Part shown: piece after piece, positions 12,351 through 26,316 of the stretch
Layout of the letters: each line of letters begins with the position of its first letter
How positions within the stretch are numbered: the first letter of the stretch is position 1
Source: Oikopleura dioica
Lineage: Eukaryota > Animalia > Chordata
Assembly: GCA_907165135.1 (NCBI GenBank)
Contig: OU015566.1
Span: forward strand, 11,222,001-11,286,000
Length of the DNA: 64,000 nt
Direction of reading: 5' to 3'
Translations under genes and position numbers: made by a program
Notes under the pieces: generated by a model
The model's database searches: none
What the model saw: the letters and a program-made list of their open reading frames with translations, nothing else
Told to the model about the DNA's origin: nothing

Positions 12351-13427
12351 CGGGTTCGCTTCCAGCTTCAAGTGCTGGAAGATAGTTCAAGTGTAGATTA
12401 TATTAATTCTTTCAATAAATTAAATCTATTATCTTTGATCCTTGTCGGCATTTTAAAATTGATGCGATTCATCTTAGTGATGAATTTCAAGTGGTAGTTT
12501 AATAGAGTCTAGAAGCATGTTTGAACATCAAAATGACATGGGAAAGTTGCTGTAGAAAATGTCTGTCGTCTAATTCTAGCGCAAGTGCAGTCGTTGTGCT
12601 CATTTTTTTGCGACAGGTACTGATGTTTTTTACGATGACTGTACTGAAAAATCCATCACTGTCTCTGTTCTAGAGCACAGAAAACGCCAGACTCTTCTAG
12701 AGAAAAAAATAATGGTGCTATGATATTTATGAAAAACTTGAAAATATAGTAAGCCGGTGCATCTTTTTGGGGAAATTCCCCTGGTTCTGATTCGGTGAAA
12801 TACCTTTCGATTAGAGACTGACAGCGCGTATTTTTACGTCTAAAATAAAGCGATAGTCTTGATAGAGAGAGCATAAAAACGGAGGGTTTCAAGAATCTAG
12901 ATCACTCGAACAACTCTTCATCAATTTGAAACAGGTACTTTTTTCAGAGGTCTGGGAAAAAGGGCCTCAAGTACAAAAGTGATGATATTCGTAACGAACA
13001 ATTTATGAACCTTGCGTCATTTTATGCCTTTATTTGCTTATGGCCAGCCCGTTCGTATCTGAGATCAATGCATCGAGTGTTTGCGCAATACGTTCAGAGA
13101 AATTCAATAAAAAGTGACCTTTCCATGTTTGCTTTTTGAGGTCAAGTCACATGGGCTGATCGTAACGCAGAACTAGTTACTCGGGCGTAGCTTGATAAAG
13201 AATCATCTAGGAAAACATTGTTAGCGTAACTCGCCCTTCTGATCGAGGTTTCCCCGTGGGCGTGACCGATCTTACCTGAGGCGTTGGGGCAGAAGTGGGT
13301 GCGCACAAACTCGCCGGAATTCTCGTGCTTATCCGCTTGTTGATTCTGGATAAACAAGTTCCGACAGTCGAATCAAACTCGCCCGGTAACCATTTTTATC
13401 AGATAAAGAAACGAATCAACAGCAGTA

Positions 13428-14955
13428 ATGCCCTTCCAGAGAAACTCGCTGAAGGAAGAAGATAGATGCAAGCTCTATAAATGGCCAAAGGTAAGTGATT
13501 TCTTCGTGCTCTCTTCTATGTCTTCCTAGGTTGAGCTTCATGTCCATTTGGAAGGAGTAGTACGGCTAGAAACCATCGTCGATCTCCAACGAGAAGCTCG
13601 AGCAAAAGGCCCAGAGTAAGAAATCAATCCGTTTTTATACCCTAATCGATTTCAGAGACTTTGCGAAAATGATGGGGCCATTTTCTGAATCCTGGGAAAA
13701 TATGTCCGAGCTACGTAGCCTGGTAGTGATTGAGGAAGGAGACAAAGATCAGTCGCTGCTGCTCTTCTTGGAACGATTCAAGTTCTTCATGGGCTTGATT
13801 CAAGGTCGCAAAGATGCCATTTACAGAGTGACGTATGAGTTCATTGAGGACTTGTACCAACAACGCGTCGAATACGCCGAGCTTCGATTCTGTCCGATGC
13901 TTCTAGCGAGTTGCAAACTCGAGCCGCATTTTAAGTCATCGTATGGGTTGATATATCTGCAGATTTGAACCTTTGATTCAGTGGAAGTATGACTCCCGAC
14001 GATGTCATTGTTGTTGTCAAGCAAGCAATCAACGATGCGTACGAAGATTACGGCGTCAAATGCCGGCTGATTCTAGCGAATGTTGTGGGGCTGTGGGAAT
14101 ATGCCCTGCCAATAATTGATCTTGCGACAAGGCATCCCGACATTGTTGTCGGAATCGATGTTGCTGGCTACGAAAATGGCCACATCTACAAAACGAAAAA
14201 GGAGAAACTCTTCATAACCGCATTCAATAAAGCTAAAGAGCTTGGAATTCACCGAACCGCTCACGCTGGAGAGGCTGGTGGCCCATCGTCCGTCAAAAAC
14301 GTATGTACTCTTCCTTGATTTCCAAGGCCTGCCGTTCGTCTACGAGTCTTGAAAATTTCCTCTTTCGATAAATTTTTGATATTTCTTGGGAAATTCCACT
14401 CTCAAGGCTTCAAATATTTACATTCTCTGATGGCACCACTGGCCGTTATTGACACATTACTTAGGCATTACTGTATTTGAACGCGGAACGTATTGGACAT
14501 GGCTATCACATGATTGAAGACCCTGTTCTCCTGGATTACATAAAGGTAGTTTTATTTTCAATGCAACCTAAACGCGAAATTTGAAGGACAAAAACATTCA
14601 TGTTGAATGTTGCTTGACATCATGCTGTAAAATCGGCGGATTTTGGAATGAAAAATGGGACGAGCATCCGATCAAAAAGTAACGACTGATCTTTTTCTTA
14701 ATCCTCAACTTTTATTGTAGGTTTTTCGACAGCGACGTTAACTGTTCACTTTCTACGGATGATCCGACGATCTTCCAGAACAATCTACAAATGGAGTATC
14801 AAAAGTGTCAGAAACGCTTCAAAGTCAGCACCAACAAGCTAATAGAATCAAACCTCAACGCAGCTAAAGCATCCTTTTTGCCCGACGACGAAAAGGAAAA
14901 CTTAGTCAAGTCACTAGAGAAGCAGTACGCTCTCATTTCATTTGACTCTTTCTGA
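13428..14955 (+). CDS. ADA: Adenosine deaminase
   Basis: PK|VELHVHLEG, YAELRFCP, VVGIDVAG, HRTAHAGE, RIGHGYH and STDDP motifs; metal and catalytic residues present. Confidence 0.95.
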
Positions 14956-15450
14956 ATCCATCTGCTTAAAACCTGATTCAACTATATTTTAGCTTATTGA
15001 ATAAGCCGTTTGATTAAAATAGCTTACTGTATAGACATTTTAAAACTAAACGACGACGAATCTCGTAGAAAACTTAGACTGTGACTGCCTGTACATATTG
15101 TTTGATATTGATAATAAATCTTAAAAATTGACCTCAACACTGGCATAAGTCGCATATAAAATGTAAAGCAAAGTTGTCAGATGACTTAATCCGAGTTTTC
15201 TTTTGAAGATGACCTGATAGTTGGGCACACAGCCTTAGATCCAATCTCTTAAAGGTGGCGCTCTTTATCTTTAGGTCAGTTAGGGGTTACTCAACGGAGG
15301 AAAGTGCGGCGACGATTTTCGCCTCTCCATCAACTTTGCATCTTTTCCGCAGGTGGACAATATTTTTGACTTGGAAATTTTGAGAAATTAAAATGCTATG
15401 GCAGCCGCCGAAGTTTCGATAATATTCGGGCCTAAGAAGATATCGAGAAG

Positions 15451-18195
15451 ATGGGAAATACTATCGTTTTCGTCTCCAATTCGACGAACCCAGAGGAACT
15501 CCTAGATGTATGTCTTTTTAAACTATTGTAGAGAACGAAGAATAAATGAACTTTTAGATATATTATGACACGACAGAGATTATATTTCTATATCTATCGT
15601 CGCTTTTGCTAATTTTGATCATCGGTCTCAATGTGCTCGTTGGCATTTCAGGTAGCAATATGTTACATATTATATGTAGTAATCGGAATATATCTCAGGT
15701 CAAATGCCTCGATTTAATGATAAACTTGACTGAACCGTTTATATTCTGCTCAGTAGCCAATCTCTCAAATAACACTCCTTTTTCATCGTTGCATTTGACC
15801 TCTAATGCTGTGTGTTTGAAACAGCTAGACCAGTATTAATACGGTACTCGATTGTAGTGTCTATTATGCGGAGACGAAGAGATGTCCAAAACATGTGTTT
15901 TGCTTTTACCCAAAATCTTTGCTTGGCCGATACGATGGTTGGTTTTAGCATTATTTCTGTTGCAGTTCTTAGTCCTCCGATGAAAGTGAGTGATGAAAAT
16001 CTCGGCTTACAGGATAGGGTTTGAAAATACAAAGACATTCATGGCCGCACATGATTTTAATGACCCATCTGAAAGTTTCGATGCGCTGCGAGAGTCTTCG
16101 TTGTTGGCACTTGTTGTCAGGTAACGAAAATAGGTCAAAATTGAATTGAATAACTTATCCGTAGACTTCAATCTGCGCGCTTGGTACGATCGCGGCTGAT
16201 CGTTACTCCACGATCAGACGTCCTTTTGATAGAGATCAGAATTTTCTCCTGACATCGAAAGGTGCTTGGATGCTCAACACGATGATTTGGACTGTTTCAT
16301 TCGGTAATTTGAGTTTGCCAAGATCGGCATCTAGAAATAACTGTATAAATTAAAAATAAGACAGTCATGCACTTAGAGCAGTCTAAGATAACTGTCTTTT
16401 ATCAGTGACAAATCTACTGCCTATCGCTGGCTGGAGTCTGGACCCAGATATTGATGATTTGTGCTACGATAGGTACAAACTTCTGTACATCTCCGGGACA
16501 CAACTTTTTCTTAGTTTTCGGGAAAAAGCAACCTGCCGAGTTTCATGTCTCAATTTCATTCCCCGCGGTTTCGCCACGTGACTGGCTTGACATACACATT
16601 TCGATCACTTTAGATTAAAATGTTCAATCAAATTATTTTAATCAAAAATATCTGCTTTTCTTAATTAAAAAGAGTTATGTAATAAAACCATTATTTATTG
16701 GTTTGACCTTTGTTTCTCAAGCCAGGTGGAAGTGATCTTGCTATGTGGAGTTATTTTTATTCCGATGCTTTCTCTAATTGTAATTTTGTATACGAAGATT
16801 TTATTGATTTCTGTAAGTCTACAAAAATCAACAAAAATCTCAAGCTAAGCTAATTTCAGCGAGCTCATCTCAACTCAATATCAGAGTTCGATCCAAAGTC
16901 TTCTACTGTCACGAGGGCTCAGACGCCAAGGTAAAATGAGGGTCAACTGTGCCCGGCACTATTTTTAATTTAAAAATATTGGCCAAGCACATAGAAATTG
17001 ATAAGCATTAGAGCGAATTAAGACCACTAATGCGACTTTTGACCGCGCCTGTTTAGCGTACTGCATCAGAGCTTATCTCAGTCAACTGCCTCCCTCTCCG
17101 GCGGCCGTAGATACTCAATCTCAAACTACTTTTCCCAGTCTTCAAGGGTTGTATATTCCTTCTGAGGAACACATATTTATATTTTACTTAGTCTGGAAGG
17201 CATCAAAGCATCATCGCAAAGCTCACGACTCGTCGCAAAGCTTCCAAAAAAGCACTTCGAACTGTCGGATTACTCCTCGGCTGTTTCTTCTTGACTTGGT
17301 GCCCTTTCGTCGGCTTTTTCTTGTTTGAAAGCTGCGTTGAAAATCTGAAGAACACGACGAGAAACCAAACACTCGATTGGCTTTTGCTACTTGGCATGTC
17401 GAACTCGCTCATGAATCCGATTATCTACGGCAGGACGAATAAAGAGTTCAAACGGTTCCTCGTCGGATTGTATCGCCAGGCGAGAAGAGGAGATAATAAT
17501 GAAATGACAAGATCAAGAGCATCAAGGTATCTTTATTTTAACTGCTATTCAGAATCGTATATTCAGCGTTTCTATCGTCTGCGGGACACAACAGAGGGAG
17601 CTTATGATGAAAAACTACGAAGAAAAATGCGTCTGCCCGAGCTGCTTAGCAGAAGCTAATCGCTCCGGATTCCTTCACCCAAATTCTGACTTCAACGAAA
17701 AAGGTCCGCGAAATTATCAAAATCTCCGCGAATATATTCATCTTCCTAGACACGTCAATGTCGTGTAGTGCACTAGAACGAGCACCAGCACTTTTTATCC
17801 CTGCACGACGTGGCTCAACGATCTCACTGAACGTCGTCCGAAAATTTGCTTGGTACAAGACAAATGTCGCTACTACGCCGAGTTGCTCAGTAATGTGCAA
17901 GAAGAAAATCATTCATCCAGTTCGTAGAAAGAAGCGGAAGAATCAACGAACCTCCAAGGGCAGAAGTCGGGATAGAATTGACTCGATATCGGAATTTTCT
18001 TCGACGTCGAACAACGATGTTGAAACTGGAATCGGATCACCGTCAAGCGCTCTTGGAGGACTTGTTATGAGCCCGCCTAGGAAAGAAGAGATTACATCGG
18101 AGATAGAAGAGCGTGCCGAGGAAGCGCCCGTTGGAAATCAAGGACGAGATCTTAATTTCGACGAAAATACCATGCTCGTTTTGAAACGATTATGA
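15451..18195 (+). CDS. Class A GPCR, GPR119-like, with a long C-tail
   Basis: TM2 NLCLADTMVG, TM3 AADRYSTIRRPF, TM5 FIPMLSLIVILY, TM6 KALRTVGLLLGCFFLTWCPF, TM7 SNSLMNPIIY. The tail ends at 17659, or at 18195 if a GA-AG intron ending at ~17551 is used. Confidence 0.8.
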
Positions 18196-18355
18196 TCTAA
18201 TATCAGCCAGTAATGGAAAACAAGCCGAAACGAAAACCGCTGTTAGTCTTAAACTTTAAAAGTTCCTTATTCTAATTTATTTCATTTAATTATTATTTTA
18301 TTAAACGCTGAACATACAAAAATTCATATAATGTACAGTTTGTGCATGATAACGG

Positions 18356-18428
18356 GCCTGGTTAGCTCAGTCGGTAGAGCGTTGGACTCTTAATCCAACG
18401 GTCGCGGGTTCGAGCCCCGCATTAGGCT
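18356..18428 (+). tRNA. tRNA-Lys (CTT)
   Basis: 73-nt cloverleaf: GCCTGGT/ATTAGGC acceptor stem, TTGGA-CTCTTAA-TCCAA anticodon arm, TTCGA T-loop, followed by a T-rich terminator. Confidence 0.95.
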
Positions 18429-18509
18429 CACTTTTGTTTTTGGTGCTTGAAGAGGTTACCACTTCAGGCGTCGTTTTTGTCGTTTTAGTTCGTCCGATTC
18501 CTAAAAAAA

Positions 18510-20555
18510 TTAAGCAAGAGGATGAATTTGTTCGTATCACCATTTCGATGACTTGTCCAGCTTCGAACCACTGATTATTCGCAGAGAACTTTAGAGAGTT
18601 GTCCCAATCTGGATAGTTTTTCTCCTTTGACTTTGCTTGAGAATACCCGATCTAATAGCAAAACCTAAAAGAAGACTCTGAAGCGTTCCTTGAATCGGCA
18701 AACGGACACAGTGACGCTATCAAGCTGCCACTTTGAGACGTTGAAAAACCTGTCCTGCTTCACGACTCGTAGTTTGATCTTTGTTGGATAGCCGATATCT
18801 CTGAAGAGAATTTCAAACTCTTTTTTTTTCGAGTTTTCTAACTTGTCTCCAATAGTGAAAATATCAGCCTGGCCTCGTTTGAAAGGAGTCTTGTTCGTTT
18901 CCGAGTAGCCGAGCTTCCAGTAATTTGTTCGTTCTCCGTGGTCGCCAAAGACTTGGATCAACACTTCACTGTTCGTACCTGCACCCATTGAGTTGCCTGT
19001 TCTGATGCAAACTTGGTATCTAAAGAGAAAATATTTGGCAATATTTACAGTAACACTAACCGCACTCCAACGGGCAAATCTTGAAAAGTACAGTCACTCC
19101 CAAACCACTGACAACTTGGAAAGATCCAATTTGAGTTTTCCGTAGATAATGTGCAACAATCCAACATCCAAGTTTTACTCGCTTTGTTGGTCGATTTCAG
19201 CCAGACTTGGATTTTCTCAGGATCACCATGATCCGGTCCGTTGAATGTTGAAGTGCTCCAGTATTTGCCAGAGCGGGGGAATTCCAGCAGCTCGGAGCGT
19301 ATGCCGTTTTCGAAGGTGATTATGGCAGTCAGATTCGCATATTCAAGCACGTTATAGAAGTTGGAATGGGGCCAGATATCGACAGTGTACTTAAGAAAAG
19401 CAAAGCCGGTTTCGCTTTCCTCGCTCTTCAAAATAGCCTTGACGGCACGAGAGAGGCGACGCTGGGAGATGGGCACATCTGCATTTGATAACTTTTGACT
19501 CTTCGGGGTGTTGTAAACGGTTTTGGTGAATTCGGCAACACTTTGTTTTCTTCCGTAGAAATCTTTTCCGCGCTGGGAAGGGAGCTCGATTGCAGTTGGA
19601 AACAAGGATGCTTTTCGTTTGAACTGATCATCTAGGAAGGCATCGTTTCATTGGAGAGCACAAAAATTTAACAAACCTTTGCCAACAGCGTTAATCTGAT
19701 CGACGGACTTTGAAAATTTCTTGTGAATCTGTTTTTCAGGCGCTTTTGATGGATTTTTGGCAACTTCTTTCATTCCTTTCTTCAAAGCAGTTCTATAAGA
19801 AGCGGTAGAAATAAAAATGACGGAGAGTGTTAGTGAAAAATGCAAGTTAGGTTTGTGTGATGGATAATTTTAACCTAACAATGCGCCTAGCGTACTTCTG
19901 AAGAATACGATCATCAACAGCTGGTGCTTGAGTAAGTTTTTGCGATCTTCGATGGCTCAAATCGTCAATTTCGTTTACTGAAATTATCAGGGCTCGAGTC
20001 GGTGAGTTTCAATACCTGGGACGTAGCCATTTGGAACCTGATCCGTTATTGAAATTGTTGAGTCAATGGATTGGATGGAGTCCTTAAAACTTGAGTTTCA
20101 ATTACCGACAAGAAAGTCACCTTTGACAGTCTTGCTCGTGGGACCTCTTCGATAGTTTCATCAAAATTTACTTTGTGCTTCTGTTTGTGACTTTTTTGGC
20201 TCTTTGTTTGATAAATAGGCGTGGAATTATGAGGATGGGAGACTGCGTATTCATCTTCGCCTTGCTCAGAATCAGAGGAAAAGTTCTTCAGATTTGCGAT
20301 GACGGAGAACTTTCGGCGATTTTTCTCTGAGAATCCGTCAGCGCCAGGATATCCCGTGCCGCGCCGCTGAAGGAGCTTGTTTCTGGACTTGGAATCCGGC
20401 TCATCGGCGTTTTTCAGCGTTGACTTTTTAAAAAGAGGATTCTTCGAACTGTAATGACTGACTTCAGCGGGTGCAGCGGATATTTCATATGGTTTTATAT
20501 GAACTTTGGGTTTGAAAGTGACGTTTCTGTATGAAAAATCACTGCTATCCCCCAT
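18510..20555 (-). CDS. Protein with two PLAT/LH2 domains and a basic low-complexity N-terminus
   Basis: GAGTNSEVLIQVFGDHG...PFKRGQADIF...DIGYPTKIKL...WQLDSVTV is a PLAT signature; a second, degenerate PLAT lies in 19045..19605. Both ends approximate. Confidence 0.7.
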
Positions 20556-20765
20556 CTCTTTCTCTTATTAAAAATCTTATGCGAAAAGTTACTAAGCTCA
20601 AAATCATCTTTCCAGATCACTGAAGAGTGTAATCGTAGGGAGATCATAAAAACTCCTTTGCTCCAGATTTTCGCGCTCGATCATTATCCTGAATTTTGAA
20701 ACTCGTCATGAGAAGGAGTCACATGGCGCAAATTATGCTCGAGAATGAATCAATAAGAACATCAA

Positions 20766-21493
20766 ATGAGATTTTTACTTTTTGGAATTGCTCTTGCGGA
20801 GATTCCTAAGGGAGTCGTCAGGAATTACACTTATGATGACCTAGAGAAACTTGGATTCCGTCAAAAATACACGCAGCTGTTTTACGACTCGTACCTCATC
20901 AAAAAGATCACTGTAAATCTCAATGATCATTCAAACCATAACTCTTGAAAATAGCCCTTGGTTGAATCTTCATGGATGTTCCTTGGCTGCCGCGAAACCA
21001 ACTCGACAACCATCAAACTCGGTCATTTTTCACCAACAGAGACATTTTTTGAGTCTCAAGATCTCCCGTCACAAGAAACTTTTACTGGACGCCTCGTGAA
21101 TGGGGCCTTTACTTACTACAGCAAAGATCTTCCGTCAGAACCGCTTGGTTTTTCTGGTGCACCAGAGATTTACCTTTACAATATCGACACGTATGACTGC
21201 ACTATCCAGGAAAAGCTCTCATCTATTGACGGAAACTGCTGAAAACATATTTTTTGAGCGTTAAAAAGAATGATGACAAAAACTGTACTTATGAGAACAT
21301 GGACTGGCATCGAATGACCGTCCATTCAAGTAAGAACAAATAGTTGTCATCCGTCAGGGAATTATATTTAGACTACCCTTACGGAACCGGTTGGCGATGC
21401 GGAGAAGTAACACAACAAAACTACCAGTCTCCTGTTCCATTTTACGATTTTCTGTACGATTACTCGATTGAAGTCTGGTTTCTGCCTAAATAA
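20766..21493 (+). CDS. Hypothetical secreted Cys-containing protein
   Basis: Signal-like MRFLLFGIALA; a 43-nt phase-0 GT-AG intron (20912-20954) joins ORFs 20766 and 20958; last exon ends VWFLPK*. Confidence 0.55.
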
Positions 21494-21658
21494 ACGACCC
21501 GGGTTCACGACCGTTCAAAAATATTTTTTCGATGAAGCAAACTGATAATGTCTATTTTTGATCTGACAATTGAACAAAACCGTTTTTACGTCTCAGCGAT
21601 TGAGACATGTATAAAGAGCGATACTCAGAGATTTTAGCTGAGGAGAATAATAAAGAAA

Positions 21659-23445
21659 ATGAGCCGCTTCTACGAGATTCGTGCGTTGGTTCAGGTGAGG
21701 AGTCACGTAATATTGTGAAACTACAATTTACATCTAGTGTTTTCCAATTTGCTCGTTTTTCTTTGCTTTTGTCAGAATATTTCTGAGGTTATAAAAAAGT
21801 TTCAGAGAGGAAACACGAAAAGCCCTTGCGTTGGACCAAGGCCAAAGAGAGTCTTTCAGATCTTCGCCAGAAGATCTGGTATCCTTTCAGAAGAACGAGA
21901 GAGAAAATGAGCAAGAGACATGAACTGGCGCTTTTAGCCTGGCTGGGATTGATGCTGGTAAGAAAATTTGACATTGCCATCATTCTAAGAAATTGTAGAT
22001 CTTCATCAGCAAGCAAAATCTTTCCATAGCCGTTATTGGAATGAACTCAAATAATTCGACGGAAGTTGAAGATGAGACGAACCATTGCTCAGGGGAAACA
22101 AATTCGAATGCTACAGAATCACTACAGAGCCAAGAAACAGAGTTTCATTGGACAGAATCACAGGAAATGAAGCTCCTGGGGTGCTATTACTATGGATATG
22201 TCCTGTTTCATATGGTAGGAGGATGGATTGGATTCAAATACGGATTCAAGAAGCTACTCTTTTGGTCATCGCTTGTTGGCGCGATAATCAACCTTGCCTT
22301 TCCTTATGCAATCCGATTGAGTTACAGTCTTGGTGTAATCTTAAGAATTTTACTCGGAATTTCTCACAGTGGATCTTCAGCAGCTATGACTGAAGCATGG
22401 GCAAAATGGGCTCCGCAAAATGAAAAGTCTTTCTTGCTCAATTTGATCTTCTCGGGGATGACTTTCGGTCTCTTGCTGACAAATCTCGCGGGCGGCTGGA
22501 TCATTCAATCTTATGGTTGGCCCGTAATTTTCCATATTCCAGCAATCGCTACCTTTCTATGGGTTCTTGTTTGGCAATTTCGCGTGACAGAAACGCCCGA
22601 AGAGCACAAGACAATTTCAAAGGAAGAGTTAGAACTAATCGTATCGACTCGATCTGGCCAAAATAATATGGCAAAAACGGATATTCCTTTCATGAAACTC
22701 TTTACTTATCTTCCTGTTTGGGGATTCATAATCGGATGCATTGGTAAAGATTTTGCTGCTTTTACGGCAATGCAAATGTTTCCGATGTACATGAACAGGA
22801 AGGGTTGAAAAATACATCGATAGTTTTTTCAGGATGAAAGTGATTTCAACCTCATTAAGAATTCTTGGATTCGACATCAAAGCAAGCGGTCTTTACTCAG
22901 CTCTACCAATGCTTTGCTTAACAATATCGGAAATTCTCATTGGCTATTTATCTGATATTTCAATACGATCCATCGGAATAAGTAAAACAAGGAGAGGCTC
23001 AATCATGATCGGCGCCATCGGATGTGGTGGTAGCTTTCTAGCGATGAATTTTATCGGGTGCAATGTTTCTCTTGCCTTATTGCTGCTGAATTCATCCCTT
23101 TTATGGCTTGGCCTTTACGTAAATTTATATTTACTACCAGAGTAAGAATAGATTCAGTGTGTTAATATCCAATCTAACGTCCTTGACTTCGGCGCTGAAT
23201 ACGCTGGAAGAATAAACTCAATCTCTAACACCTTTTCCAATTCTGCAGGATTCGCTGCACCCCAACTGGCCGGGGCAATCTTGGAAACATTTGGAAACAC
23301 ACGAAAAGGATGGGGTTACAGTTTTGCTCTGACGACTGCCATCTGCCTTTCTTCAGCCATATTTGGAGTCTGTTCGATCGTTTTTGAAAATATCTTTGGA
23401 AACAAAGACGAAAACGTCGCCGGTGAAAAGGAGCCTTTAAAATAA
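21659..23445 (+). CDS. SLC17-family MFS anion transporter (sialin/VGLUT-like)
   Basis: RHELALLAWLGLMLVR, LLGCYYYGY, WAKWAPQNEK, GWPVIFHI, PVWGFIIG, NTFSNSAGF motifs and multiple TM segments. Confidence 0.9.
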
Positions 23446-23649
23446 GCCTTATGTCTTTGTAAATAAATCATTACATGGAATAAATGTTTATTCAAGTTTT
23501 GGTGGAGCAGGTGCAGGCATTCTAGATGAAAATATTTTTTCAAGCATTCTTCTCTAGACGTTTTCAAAAACAAAAATAACCGTCAATCTTCCTGGTTAAT
23601 AGCTGTCGAATTCGTATTACTGGAAAGATTAAAGATCAGGCGAATTAAT

Positions 23650-24638
23650 ATGAGAAACTCAAGATCAATGAGCCTAGATTCTGACTGCAAAAGAGGGAGA
23701 TCTCGCAGAAGCAACTCACGCTCAGGTAACTTGCTCAAATAACATGTATTCACATGAAATTTGTTAGTAAAACGAAGTCCCTACCGACGTAGATCTCGAT
23801 CCCGTAGTAGATCTCAACGTAGACGGGATTCCCGATCAAACTCAAGACGTCGTCTTAAAGACAGAGACGCTATGTACCGGGGTCGTCAGTCATTTCGAGA
23901 TCATCCACGAGCCTCAAGAACTTTAGGTAAAATCGAGTAAAAATTTAGGATCTATTTTCATTTTTGGTATCTTCAATCTCGGCCGAGATATCTCACGGAA
24001 TGAACTTCGAAAGGTGTTTGAACGATATGGCCGTATTTTGGTATGACACGGAATGTAATTTAAACCTAAGTAAAGCTTTATAGTCCTGTAACCTTGTTTA
24101 CGATCGAGAATACAAAGAATCGAGGGGTTTTGGATTTGTGACCTTTGAGAACATTGATGACGCTATTTATGCGAAAAAGGATGCAAATGAAATCTACATC
24201 GGTTCTGGAGAAAGGTAAAAATCAAATCTTACTGTCGCGTATTACATTTTCAGTAGAATCCGAATTGACTACAGTATCACGGAGCAATCTCGCGTTGACT
24301 GCTTTAAGCGCGACGACAGGCGTAGATTTGCTGGACACAATCCACGAGGATACAATGAAAGAAGACAATCTCGATCGAGAAGCCGACAACGCTATTCTAG
24401 CTCACGAAGTCGGAGACGGTATTCACGATCTAGAAGTCGCGGACGACGCTATCGATCCCGGAGTCATGAGCGATATTCTCGTAGAAATCGTTACTCTCGA
24501 TCGCGCAGTCGAGGCAGGAAAAATGGTCGAAGTCAATATTCACGAGATCGGTCAATAGCTCGTGGCCGCTCTCCATCTCCTTATCTTAGCAAACTTTCTA
24601 AAAGCGTCGAAAAAGAGGACGCATCAACTGGATGGTAG
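23650..24638 (+). CDS. TRA2: Transformer-2-like SR splicing factor (RS-RRM-RS)
   Basis: RRM with LGIFNL, ESRGFGFVTFE and IRIDYSIT, flanked by RS repeats. Confidence 0.85.
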
Positions 24639-24934
24639 CTAGGCGTTTTAAGTTCCTTTATCTAATGAAATTGTTAAGGGGCGCGAAAAAAGAAGGTTCC
24701 TCACCTCCTGGATGGTATCTCTATCATTTTTTCCTAGCGTGACAAAATATTTTAGGGGCACGAAGAAAGAGAGCTCTCCTGCACGATGGTAGTTCAATTT
24801 TGACTGCCTTACTTTATTTATTTTGTCATGTTGAGCATGCATCACTGCCACACTCAATATTGCAATACATTCATTTATTCGACACTTGTAGATAATTAAT
24901 GTGATATTAGGCAGTAAAGCAAGCGCAGATTTAT

Positions 24935-26316
24935 TCACCACTGTTTTGTCGGTTGTTGGGGGCGAATGTTCACTCCTCCTGGTCGTTGCTGGTTCACTGG
25001 AGGTTCTTAAATTCGTGAAGAAGGAGTTTACAATGAGACCTTACGATTTCGAGCGCCCGATGTGACATTTGTGAGCCCAATTCCGTAGTAATATGTGCCG
25101 ATGAGGCTATTTGTGTCGTCATCATCGTTGTATCGTCGGTTTTCAAGGTTGTGGCGTTTGTTATCGAGAGATGCTTCTATCTTGTCGACTAGTTTGTTGA
25201 CCAAATCGTTTACTTGCTTAATTTTGTCGGCATCGATCGTTGAGTCTAAATGAAACTTGCATCTGACGCTGCTACAGTGTGCACTTACTGTCTTTGTTCA
25301 GTTCCTTTTGAAGCGCATCTACCGCGGGATCAGGCTTGGTTCGAAGGTAATCAGGGACTACTTCGTGGTTTACAGATGGAACGCGTTCTTCGGTCAATCT
25401 AGCGACCACTTCGTCTCGGTGCGGGTTGAGGATTACGGGGAAGCAGCTCGTATTACTAGATCAGCGGATATTCTAGCTGTATTTTTAAAGATGGAGCTTA
25501 CACAAGTCGCGGAGCACTTTCACTTCTAAGATATCGCGTTAGTGTTTCAATTTGGCCTTATAAAGTGTCAAAAGCGCTCGACAATCTGTTCAGTAGTGCA
25601 CTTTTCTGACCTTTCCTGTAATAAGCGCGTAGCTATCTAACAGACTCGCCCAATTTGGCTCTCGTCCTTGCGCCAACTCAGAATCAAGCTTTCCCAAAAG
25701 TCCTGAATTTGTTAAATACAAAATAGAATCTTATTTTTTACCTTCGAGGGCGATTTTCAAGTCTTTCGAGCGGCAGGGATCTAAATTTTTTCGCGAAAAT
25801 CGCAATTTGCGAATATTTTGCGATTGCGATACGAAATTTCGCAGAAAATTCGCAATCGCAAATTATTTTTTGATCGAATCGCAATCGCATCGCAATCGCA
25901 ACTCAGTTTTCGTCAATAATTCGCAAATTGCGATTTTTTTGCGAACTTTGGTCTTGTCAAAATGCTCCTTCGTTATTCTGACATGGGTTTTCTTTGACTC
26001 AGAGCCTATTTTCTGTGTTCTAAAGGCTTAATTGTAAGCCTGACCTCAAAAAATAGTCTTAAATCCTTTGAAAAATTACTTTTTACGCTAAAATTTCGCA
26101 AATGGCGACAAAATCGCAATTCGCGAAAAATTCGCAATTTGCGAAAAAAATCGCAATCGCATCGCAATTTCCGGACTATTTTGCGTCGCAATCGCATCGC
26201 AATAGCAATTTATTTTCGGCAAAAATTTAGATCCCTGTCGAGCGGTGATAAACGGTGGAAATTCCATTATCCAGTTGTTTCTCAATAAGGTTCGTAGACG
26301 CCTGATTAAAACTCAT
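24935..26316 (-). CDS. MED8: Mediator subunit 8; first coding exon interrupted by a MITE
   Basis: MSFNQASTNLIEKQL...KDLKIALE, WASLLDSYALITGQI, TEERVPSVNHEVVPDYLRTKPDP and DTNSLIG match MED8 motifs. Confidence 0.9.
25774..26237. mobile_element. 464-bp MITE (hAT/P-type ends) inside the MED8 coding exon
   Basis: Perfect 17-bp TIR CAGGGATCTAAATTTTT; 8-bp TSD TCGAGCGG at 25766-25773 and 26238-26245; subterminal TCGCAA/TTGCGA microrepeats. Confidence 0.95.

Noticed and set aside
12480-13400. Possible gene between AMD1 and ADA
   Set aside because: Splice-like sites and short frames on both strands, but no consistent model or recognisable product.
18356-18428. tRNA-Lys with U discriminator and two G:U acceptor pairs
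   Set aside because: Cloverleaf and internal promoter boxes are intact; within plausible variation.
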